Origin: Escherichia phage T7
DNA: 40,606 bases
Reading direction: 5' to 3' (one strand)
Sequence record: LR745708
Position numbers and translations under genes: made by a program. This document shows, in pieces, positions 33,501 through 40,439 of the stretch (within the stretch, counting starts at the first letter, position 1; every line of letters begins with the position of its first letter). The notes under the pieces were generated by a model. That model ran no database searches, was not told the DNA's origin, and was given only the letters and a program-made list of their open reading frames with translations.

Positions 33501-34552
33501 TAGGGACCTTGAAGTATTCAACACAGGAACTGGCTGCTCGCTCTCCGTGGACTAAGCTACTGAACGGAACCACTAACTACCTTCTGGATGCTGCGCGTCA
33601 AGGTATGCTTGGGGATGTTATTAGTGCCACCCTAACAGGTAAGACTACCCGCTGGGAGAAAGAAGGCTTCCTTCGTGGTGCCTCCGTAACTCCTGAGCAG
33701 ATGGCTGGCATCAAGTCTCTCATCAAGGAACATATGGTACGCGGTGAGGACGGGAAGTTTACCGTTAAGGACAAGCAAGCGTTCTCTATGGACCCACGGG
33801 CTATGGACTTATGGAGACTGGCTGACAAGGTAGCTGATGAGGCAATGCTGCGTCCACATAAGGTGTCCTTACAGGATTCCCATGCGTTCGGAGCACTAGG
33901 TAAGATGGTTATGCAGTTTAAGTCTTTCACTATCAAGTCCCTTAACTCTAAGTTCCTGCGAACCTTCTATGATGGATACAAGAACAACCGAGCGATTGAC
34001 GCTGCGCTGAGCATCATCACCTCTATGGGTCTCGCTGGTGGTTTCTATGCTATGGCTGCACACGTCAAAGCATACGCTCTGCCTAAGGAGAAACGTAAGG
34101 AGTACTTGGAGCGTGCACTGGACCCAACCATGATTGCCCACGCTGCGTTATCTCGTAGTTCTCAATTGGGTGCTCCTTTGGCTATGGTTGACCTAGTTGG
34201 TGGTGTTTTAGGGTTCGAGTCCTCCAAGATGGCTCGCTCTACGATTCTACCTAAGGACACCGTGAAGGAACGTGACCCAAACAAACCGTACACCTCTAGA
34301 GAGGTAATGGGCGCTATGGGTTCAAACCTTCTGGAACAGATGCCTTCGGCTGGCTTTGTGGCTAACGTAGGGGCTACCTTAATGAATGCTGCTGGCGTGG
34401 TCAACTCACCTAATAAAGCAACCGAGCAGGACTTCATGACTGGTCTTATGAACTCCACAAAAGAGTTAGTACCGAACGACCCATTGACTCAACAGCTTGT
34501 GTTGAAGATTTATGAGGCGAACGGTGTTAACTTGAGGGAGCGTAGGAAATAA
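30596..34552 (+). CDS. 16: Gene 16 internal virion protein D (N-terminal lytic transglycosylase domain)
   Basis: 1318-aa ORF; N-terminus has an SLT-like motif (...VAWTESRF...GPLGMMQF...). Confidence 0.95.
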   Translation: MDKYDKNVPSDYDGLFQKAADANGVSYDLLRKVAWTESRFVPTAKSKTGPLGMMQFTKATAKALGLRVTDGPDDDRLNPELAINAAAKQLAGLVGKFDGDELKAALAYNQGEGRLGNPQLEAYSKGDFASISEEGRNYMRNLLDVAKSPMAGQLETFGGITPKGKGIPAEVGLAGIGHKQKVTQELPESTSFDVKGIEQEATAKPFAKDFWETHGETLDEYNSRSTFFGFKNAAEAELSNSVAGMAFRAGRLDNGFDVFKDTITPTRWNSHIWTPEELEKIRTEVKNPAYINVVTGGSPENLDDLIKLANENFENDSRAAEAGLGAKLSAGIIGAGVDPLSYVPMVGVTGKGFKLINKALVVGAESAALNVASEGLRTSVAGGDADYAGAALGGFVFGAGMSAISDAVAAGLKRSKPEAEFDNEFIGPMMRLEARETARNANSADLSRMNTENMKFEGEHNGVPYEDLPTERGAVVLHDGSVLSASNPINPKTLKEFSEVDPEKAARGIKLAGFTEIGLKTLGSDDADIRRVAIDLVRSPTGMQSGASGKFGATASDIHERLHGTDQRTYNDLYKAMSDAMKDPEFSTGGAKMSREETRYTIYRRAALAIERPELQKALTPSERIVMDIIKRHFDTKRELMENPAIFGNTKAVSIFPESRHKGTYVPHVYDRHAKALMIQRYGAEGLQEGIARSWMNSYVSRPEVKARVDEMLKELHGVKEVTPEMVEKYAMDKAYGISHSDQFTNSSIIEENIEGLVGIENNSFLEARNLFDSDLSITMPDGQQFSVNDLRDFDMFRIMPAYDRRVNGDIAIMGSTGKTTKELKDEILALKAKAEGDGKKTGEVHALMDTVKILTGRARRNQDTVWETSLRAINDLGFFAKNAYMGAQNITEIAGMIVTGNVRALGHGIPILRDTLYKSKPVSAKELKELHASLFGKEVDQLIRPKRADIVQRLREATDTGPAVANIVGTLKYSTQELAARSPWTKLLNGTTNYLLDAARQGMLGDVISATLTGKTTRWEKEGFLRGASVTPEQMAGIKSLIKEHMVRGEDGKFTVKDKQAFSMDPRAMDLWRLADKVADEAMLRPHKVSLQDSHAFGALGKMVMQFKSFTIKSLNSKFLRTFYDGYKNNRAIDAALSIITSMGLAGGFYAMAAHVKAYALPKEKRKEYLERALDPTMIAHAALSRSSQLGAPLAMVDLVGGVLGFESSKMARSTILPKDTVKERDPNKPYTSREVMGAMGSNLLEQMPSAGFVANVGATLMNAAGVVNSPNKATEQDFMTGLMNSTKELVPNDPLTQQLVLKIYEANGVNLRERRK

Positions 34553-34572
34553 TACGACTCACTATAGGGAGA
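34550..34572 (+). promoter_or_regulatory. T7 promoter phi17
   Basis: taatacgactcactatagggaga overlapping the gene 16 stop. Confidence 0.9.
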
Positions 34573-34624
34573 GGCGAAATAATCTTCTCCCTGTAGTCTC
34601 TTAGATTTACTTTAAGGAGGTCAA

Positions 34625-36682
34625 ATGGCTAACGTAATTAAAACCGTTTTGACTTACCAGTTAGATGGCTCCAATCGTGATTTTAATATCCCGTTTGAGT
34701 ATCTAGCCCGTAAGTTCGTAGTGGTAACTCTTATTGGTGTAGACCGAAAGGTCCTTACGATTAATACAGACTATCGCTTTGCTACACGTACTACTATCTC
34801 TCTGACAAAGGCTTGGGGTCCAGCCGATGGCTACACGACCATCGAGTTACGTCGAGTAACCTCCACTACCGACCGATTGGTTGACTTTACGGATGGTTCA
34901 ATCCTCCGCGCGTATGACCTTAACGTCGCTCAGATTCAAACGATGCACGTAGCGGAAGAGGCCCGTGACCTCACTACGGATACTATCGGTGTCAATAACG
35001 ATGGTCACTTGGATGCTCGTGGTCGTCGAATTGTGAACCTAGCGAACGCCGTGGATGACCGCGATGCTGTTCCGTTTGGTCAACTAAAGACCATGAACCA
35101 GAACTCATGGCAAGCACGTAATGAAGCCTTACAGTTCCGTAATGAGGCTGAGACTTTCAGAAACCAAGCGGAGGGCTTTAAGAACGAGTCCAGTACCAAC
35201 GCTACGAACACAAAGCAGTGGCGCGATGAGACCAAGGGTTTCCGAGACGAAGCCAAGCGGTTCAAGAATACGGCTGGTCAATACGCTACATCTGCTGGGA
35301 ACTCTGCTTCCGCTGCGCATCAATCTGAGGTAAACGCTGAGAACTCTGCCACAGCATCCGCTAACTCTGCTCATTTGGCAGAACAGCAAGCAGACCGTGC
35401 GGAACGTGAGGCAGACAAGCTGGAAAATTACAATGGATTGGCTGGTGCAATTGATAAGGTAGATGGAACCAATGTGTACTGGAAAGGAAATATTCACGCT
35501 AACGGGCGCCTTTACATGACCACAAACGGTTTTGACTGTGGCCAGTATCAACAGTTCTTTGGTGGTGTCACTAATCGTTACTCTGTCATGGAGTGGGGAG
35601 ATGAGAACGGATGGCTGATGTATGTTCAACGTAGAGAGTGGACAACAGCGATAGGCGGTAACATCCAGTTAGTAGTAAACGGACAGATCATCACCCAAGG
35701 TGGAGCCATGACCGGTCAGCTAAAATTGCAGAATGGGCATGTTCTTCAATTAGAGTCCGCATCCGACAAGGCGCACTATATTCTATCTAAAGATGGTAAC
35801 AGGAATAACTGGTACATTGGTAGAGGGTCAGATAACAACAATGACTGTACCTTCCACTCCTATGTACATGGTACGACCTTAACACTCAAGCAGGACTATG
35901 CAGTAGTTAACAAACACTTCCACGTAGGTCAGGCCGTTGTGGCCACTGATGGTAATATTCAAGGTACTAAGTGGGGAGGTAAATGGCTGGATGCTTACCT
36001 ACGTGACAGCTTCGTTGCGAAGAACGAATACAGCCTGTGGGACATCAAGTTTCGCCCGGCTGCGCTCGACCCGCGCGGCATGACGCTGGTTGCCGGCGCG
36101 TTTTGGGCAGACATCTATCTGCTAGGCGTCAACCACCTGACCGATGGCACCAGCAAATACAACGTGACAATTGCAGATGGTAGTGCATCACCTAAGAAAT
36201 CTACCAAGTTCGGTGGAGACGGCAGCGCGGCCTACAGTGACGGAGCTTGGTACAACTTCGCTGAGGTCATGACTCATCACGGTAAGCGCCTGCCTAACTA
36301 CAACGAATTCCAGGCGCTGGCTTTCGGCACGACCGAGGCTACGTCCAGCGGCGGCACCGACGTGCCCACCACCGGCGTGAACGGCACGGGCGCAACGAGT
36401 GCGTGGAACATCTTCACGTCCAAGTGGGGCGTTGTGCAGGCGTCCGGTTGCTTGTGGACGTGGGGTAACGAGTTCGGCGGCGTGAATGGCGCATCCGAAT
36501 ACACGGCCAACACTGGCGGCAGAGGATCGGTGTACGCCCAGCCCGCTGCTGCGCTATTCGGCGGCGCCTGGAACGGCACGTCGCTCTCGGGTTCTCGCGC
36601 TGCGCTCTGGTACAGCGGGCCGTCGTTCTCGTTCGCGTTCTTCGGGGCGCGCGGCGTCTGTGACCACCTGATTCTTGAGTAG
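34625..36682 (+). CDS. 17: Chimeric tail-fibre protein: T7 gp17 residues 1-466 fused to a heterologous ~219-aa C-terminal receptor-binding domain (Mtd-like C-type-lectin fold with DGR variable region)
   Basis: 685-aa ORF against 553 aa for native gp17 as I recall. Translation is T7 gp17 up to ...GGKWLDAYLRDSFVAK (codon 466, nt 36020-36022), then diverges into GC-rich sequence NEYSLWDIKFRPAALDPRGMTLVAGAFWADIYLLG...GARGVCDHLILE. Confidence 0.9.
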   Translation: MANVIKTVLTYQLDGSNRDFNIPFEYLARKFVVVTLIGVDRKVLTINTDYRFATRTTISLTKAWGPADGYTTIELRRVTSTTDRLVDFTDGSILRAYDLNVAQIQTMHVAEEARDLTTDTIGVNNDGHLDARGRRIVNLANAVDDRDAVPFGQLKTMNQNSWQARNEALQFRNEAETFRNQAEGFKNESSTNATNTKQWRDETKGFRDEAKRFKNTAGQYATSAGNSASAAHQSEVNAENSATASANSAHLAEQQADRAEREADKLENYNGLAGAIDKVDGTNVYWKGNIHANGRLYMTTNGFDCGQYQQFFGGVTNRYSVMEWGDENGWLMYVQRREWTTAIGGNIQLVVNGQIITQGGAMTGQLKLQNGHVLQLESASDKAHYILSKDGNRNNWYIGRGSDNNNDCTFHSYVHGTTLTLKQDYAVVNKHFHVGQAVVATDGNIQGTKWGGKWLDAYLRDSFVAKNEYSLWDIKFRPAALDPRGMTLVAGAFWADIYLLGVNHLTDGTSKYNVTIADGSASPKKSTKFGGDGSAAYSDGAWYNFAEVMTHHGKRLPNYNEFQALAFGTTEATSSGGTDVPTTGVNGTGATSAWNIFTSKWGVVQASGCLWTWGNEFGGVNGASEYTANTGGRGSVYAQPAAALFGGAWNGTSLSGSRAALWYSGPSFSFAFFGARGVCDHLILE
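36023..36682 (+). other. Heterologous graft within gene 17 (GC-rich; Mtd-like domain)
   Basis: Abrupt rise in G+C and change of codon usage relative to flanking T7 sequence; the encoded C-terminus ...AALFGGAWNGTSLSGSRAALWYSGPSFSFAFFGARGVCDHLILE resembles, from memory, the BPP-1 Mtd variable-region end. Confidence 0.65.
36544..36680 (+). other. Putative DGR variable region (VR) with IMH-like 3' end
   Basis: ~135-bp stretch that is strongly adenine-poor, with many NNC codons (gcc, aac, ggc, ctc, tac, agc, ttc x4), ending in a GC-only run (ggggcgcgcggcg) and tctgtgaccacctgattcttgag. Confidence 0.6.
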
Positions 36683-36701
36683 CGGGGCCGAAAGGCCCCG
36701 C
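36682..36701 (+). promoter_or_regulatory. GC-rich hairpin with GAAA loop straddling the gene 17 stop (DGR target-recognition hairpin/cruciform-like)
   Basis: gcggggcc-GAAA-ggccccgc: a perfect 8-bp stem with a 4-nt GAAA loop, directly readable. Confidence 0.7.
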
Positions 36702-36723
36702 CAAGGCAACCGTACTCGAACCA

Positions 36724-36760
36724 CTAGCCCGCTCTTATCGGGCGGCTAGGGGTTTTTTGT
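36724..36760 (+). terminator. Putative terminator-like element (imperfect hairpin + G4T6)
   Basis: ctagcccgctcttatcgggcggctag forms an imperfect stem, followed by gggttttttg, which mimics the tail of Tphi (gaggggttttttg). Confidence 0.4.
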
Positions 36761-36784
36761 GATTTACTTTAAGGAGGTCAAATG
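36761..36784 (+). promoter_or_regulatory. Duplicated gene 17 ribosome-binding site driving trxA
   Basis: gatttactttaaggaggtcaaATG at 36761-36784 is identical to 34604-34627, the native gene 17 RBS and start. Confidence 0.9.
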
Positions 36785-37111
36785 AGCGATAAAATCATTC
36801 ACCTGACCGATGACTCTTTTGATACCGACGTGCTGAAAGCTGATGGTGCAATTCTGGTTGATTTCTGGGCAGAGTGGTGCGGCCCTTGCAAAATGATCGC
36901 TCCAATCCTGGACGAAATTGCGGACGAATATCAGGGTAAGCTGACTGTGGCCAAACTGAACATTGACCAGAACCCTGGCACCGCACCGAAATACGGTATC
37001 CGTGGCATCCCAACTCTGCTGCTGTTCAAAAACGGTGAAGTGGCAGCAACCAAAGTAGGCGCTCTGTCTAAAGGCCAACTGAAAGAGTTCCTGGACGCCA
37101 ACCTGGCTTAA
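36782..37111 (+). CDS. trxA: Thioredoxin 1 (E. coli TrxA, identical protein), inserted into the phage genome
   Basis: 109-aa product [109 protein letters not shown] with the CGPC active site; not a T7 gene. Confidence 0.97.
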
Positions 37112-37172
37112 TGATTGGTAAATCACAAGGAAAGACGTGTAGTCCACGGATGGACTCTCAAGGAGGTACAAG

Positions 37173-37376
37173 GTGCTATCATTAGACTTTAACAACGAAT
37201 TGATTAAGGCTGCTCCAATTGTTGGGACGGGTGTAGCAGATGTTAGTGCTCGACTGTTCTTTGGGTTAAGCCTTAACGAATGGTTCTACGTTGCTGCTAT
37301 CGCCTACACAGTGGTTCAGATTGGTGCCAAGGTAGTCGATAAGATGATTGACTGGAAGAAAGCCAATAAGGAGTGA
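37173..37376 (+). CDS. 17.5: Gene 17.5 holin
   Basis: GTG at 37173 after AGGAGG; 67 aa with a hydrophobic core, MLSLDFNNELIKAAPIVGTGVADVSARLFFGL... Confidence 0.85.
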   Translation: MLSLDFNNELIKAAPIVGTGVADVSARLFFGLSLNEWFYVAAIAYTVVQIGAKVVDKMIDWKKANKE

Positions 37377-37381
37377 TATGT

Positions 37382-37651
37382 ATGGAAAAGGATAAGAGCC
37401 TTATTACATTCTTAGAGATGTTGGACACTGCGATGGCTCAGCGTATGCTTGCGGACCTTTCGGACCATGAGCGTCGCTCTCCGCAACTCTATAATGCTAT
37501 TAACAAACTGTTAGACCGCCACAAGTTCCAGATTGGTAAGTTGCAGCCGGATGTTCACATCTTAGGTGGCCTTGCTGGTGCTCTTGAAGAGTACAAAGAG
37601 AAAGTCGGTGATAACGGTCTTACGGATGATGATATTTACACATTACAGTGA
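37382..37651 (+). CDS. 18: Gene 18 terminase small subunit
   Basis: ATG at 37382; 89 aa MEKDKSLITFLEMLDTAMAQRM...; ORF-track start 37373 is an upstream extension. Confidence 0.85.
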   Translation: MEKDKSLITFLEMLDTAMAQRMLADLSDHERRSPQLYNAINKLLDRHKFQIGKLQPDVHILGGLAGALEEYKEKVGDNGLTDDDIYTLQ

Positions 37652-37692
37652 TATACTCAAGGCCACTACAGATAGTGGTCTTTATGGATGTC
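37652..37692 (+). promoter_or_regulatory. RNase III processing site R18.5
   Basis: tatactcaaggccactacagatagtggtctttatggatg hairpin motif. Confidence 0.5.
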
Positions 37693-37745
37693 ATTGTCTA
37701 TACGAGATGCTCCTACGTGAAATCTGAAAGTTAACGGGAGGCATT

Positions 37746-38177
37746 ATGCTAGAATTTTTACGTAAGCTAATCCCTTGGGTTCTCGCTGGGATGCTATTCG
37801 GGTTAGGATGGCATCTAGGGTCAGACTCAATGGACGCTAAATGGAAACAGGAGGTACACAATGAGTACGTTAAGAGAGTTGAGGCTGCGAAGAGCACTCA
37901 AAGAGCAATCGATGCGGTATCTGCTAAGTATCAAGAAGACCTTGCCGCGCTGGAAGGGAGCACTGATAGGATTATTTCTGATTTGCGTAGCGACAATAAG
38001 CGGTTGCGCGTCAGAGTCAAAACTACCGGAACCTCCGATGGTCAGTGTGGATTCGAGCCTGATGGTCGAGCCGAACTTGACGACCGAGATGCTAAACGTA
38101 TTCTCGCAGTGACCCAGAAGGGTGACGCATGGATTCGTGCGTTACAGGATACTATTCGTGAACTGCAACGTAAGTAG
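37746..38177 (+). CDS. 18.5: Gene 18.5 spanin (Rz-like, inner-membrane component)
   Basis: 143 aa with an N-terminal transmembrane segment (LIPWVLAGMLFGLGWHLG). Confidence 0.85.
   Translation: MLEFLRKLIPWVLAGMLFGLGWHLGSDSMDAKWKQEVHNEYVKRVEAAKSTQRAIDAVSAKYQEDLAALEGSTDRIISDLRSDNKRLRVRVKTTGTSDGQCGFEPDGRAELDDRDAKRILAVTQKGDAWIRALQDTIRELQRK
37861..38112 (+). CDS. 18.7: Gene 18.7 spanin (Rz1-like), embedded in 18.5 in another frame
   Basis: 83-aa ORF nested inside 18.5; contains a lipobox-like LICVATISGCAS. Confidence 0.7.
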   Translation: MSTLRELRLRRALKEQSMRYLLSIKKTLPRWKGALIGLFLICVATISGCASESKLPEPPMVSVDSSLMVEPNLTTEMLNVFSQ

Positions 38178-38198
38178 GAAATCAAGTAAGGAGGCAAT

Positions 38199-39959
38199 GT
38201 GTCTACTCAATCCAATCGTAATGCGCTCGTAGTGGCGCAACTGAAAGGAGACTTCGTGGCGTTCCTATTCGTCTTATGGAAGGCGCTAAACCTACCGGTG
38301 CCCACTAAGTGTCAGATTGACATGGCTAAGGTGCTGGCGAATGGAGACAACAAGAAGTTCATCTTACAGGCTTTCCGTGGTATCGGTAAGTCGTTCATCA
38401 CATGTGCGTTCGTTGTGTGGTCCTTATGGAGAGACCCTCAGTTGAAGATACTTATCGTATCAGCCTCTAAGGAGCGTGCAGACGCTAACTCCATCTTTAT
38501 TAAGAACATCATTGACCTGCTGCCATTCCTATCTGAGTTAAAGCCAAGACCCGGACAGCGTGACTCGGTAATCAGCTTTGATGTAGGCCCAGCCAATCCT
38601 GACCACTCTCCTAGTGTGAAATCAGTAGGTATCACTGGTCAGTTAACTGGTAGCCGTGCTGACATTATCATTGCGGATGACGTTGAGATTCCGTCTAACA
38701 GCGCAACTATGGGTGCCCGTGAGAAGCTATGGACTCTGGTTCAGGAGTTCGCTGCGTTACTTAAACCGCTGCCTTCCTCTCGCGTTATCTACCTTGGTAC
38801 ACCTCAGACAGAGATGACTCTCTATAAGGAACTTGAGGATAACCGTGGGTACACAACCATTATCTGGCCTGCTCTGTACCCAAGGACACGTGAAGAGAAC
38901 CTCTATTACTCACAGCGTCTTGCTCCTATGTTACGCGCTGAGTACGATGAGAACCCTGAGGCACTTGCTGGGACTCCAACAGACCCAGTGCGCTTTGACC
39001 GTGATGACCTGCGCGAGCGTGAGTTGGAATACGGTAAGGCTGGCTTTACGCTACAGTTCATGCTTAACCCTAACCTTAGTGATGCCGAGAAGTACCCGCT
39101 GAGGCTTCGTGACGCTATCGTAGCGGCCTTAGACTTAGAGAAGGCCCCAATGCATTACCAGTGGCTTCCGAACCGTCAGAACATCATTGAGGACCTTCCT
39201 AACGTTGGCCTTAAGGGTGATGACCTGCATACGTACCACGATTGTTCCAACAACTCAGGTCAGTACCAACAGAAGATTCTGGTCATTGACCCTAGTGGTC
39301 GCGGTAAGGACGAAACAGGTTACGCTGTGCTGTACACACTGAACGGTTACATCTACCTTATGGAAGCTGGAGGTTTCCGTGATGGCTACTCCGATAAGAC
39401 CCTTGAGTTACTCGCTAAGAAGGCAAAGCAATGGGGAGTCCAGACGGTTGTCTACGAGAGTAACTTCGGTGACGGTATGTTCGGTAAGGTATTCAGTCCT
39501 ATCCTTCTTAAACACCACAACTGTGCGATGGAAGAGATTCGTGCCCGTGGTATGAAAGAGATGCGTATTTGCGATACCCTTGAGCCAGTCATGCAGACTC
39601 ACCGCCTTGTAATTCGTGATGAGGTCATTAGGGCCGACTACCAGTCCGCTCGTGACGTAGACGGTAAGCATGACGTTAAGTACTCGTTGTTCTACCAGAT
39701 GACCCGTATCACTCGTGAGAAAGGCGCTCTGGCTCATGATGACCGATTGGATGCCCTTGCGTTAGGCATTGAGTATCTCCGTGAGTCCATGCAGTTGGAT
39801 TCCGTTAAGGTCGAGGGTGAAGTACTTGCTGACTTCCTTGAGGAACACATGATGCGTCCTACGGTTGCTGCTACGCATATCATTGAGATGTCTGTGGGAG
39901 GAGTTGATGTGTACTCTGAGGACGATGAGGGTTACGGTACGTCTTTCATTGAGTGGTGA
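38199..39959 (+). CDS. 19: Gene 19 terminase large subunit
   Basis: GTG at 38199 after AGGAGG; 586 aa [19 protein letters not shown]... Confidence 0.95.
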
Positions 39960-40040
39960 TTTATGCATTAGGACTGCATAGGGATGCACTATAGACCACG
40001 GATGGTCAGTTCTTTAAGTTACTGAAAAGACACGATAAAT

Positions 40041-40063
40041 TAATACGACTCACTATAGGGAGA
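40041..40063 (+). promoter_or_regulatory. T7 promoter phiOR
   Basis: taatacgactcactatagggaga. Confidence 0.9.
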
Positions 40064-40217
40064 GGAGGGACGAAAGGTTACTATATAGATACTGAATGAA
40101 TACTTATAGAGTGCATAAAGTATGCATAATGGTGTACCTAGAGTGACCTCTAAGAATGGTGATTATATTGTATTAGTATCACCTTAACTTAAGGACCAAC
40201 ATAAAGGGAGGAGACTC

Positions 40218-40367
40218 ATGTTCCGCTTATTGTTGAACCTACTGCGGCATAGAGTCACCTACCGATTTCTTGTGGTACTTTGTGCTGCCCTTGGGTACGC
40301 ATCTCTTACTGGAGACCTCAGTTCACTGGAGTCTGTCGTTTGCTCTATACTCACTTGTAGCGATTAG
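40218..40367 (+). CDS. 19.5: Gene 19.5
   Basis: ATG at 40218 after GGGAGGAG; 49 aa MFRLLLNLLRHRVTYRFLVVLCAALG... Confidence 0.7.
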   Translation: MFRLLLNLLRHRVTYRFLVVLCAALGYASLTGDLSSLESVVCSILTCSD

Positions 40368-40439
40368 GGTCTTCCTGACCGACTGATGGCTCACCGAGGG
40401 ATTCAGCGGTATGATTGCATCACACCACTTCATCCCTAT

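Noticed and set aside
36544-36701. Calling the region a complete diversity-generating retroelement.
   Set aside because: Only target-side elements (VR, IMH-like end, hairpin) are present. No TR, reverse transcriptase or Avd is detectable in the window.
36724-36760. A second copy of the Tphi terminator.
   Set aside because: Only the terminal gggg-tttttt-g tail resembles Tphi. The stem sequence is different and imperfect, so it is reported only as a low-confidence terminator-like element.
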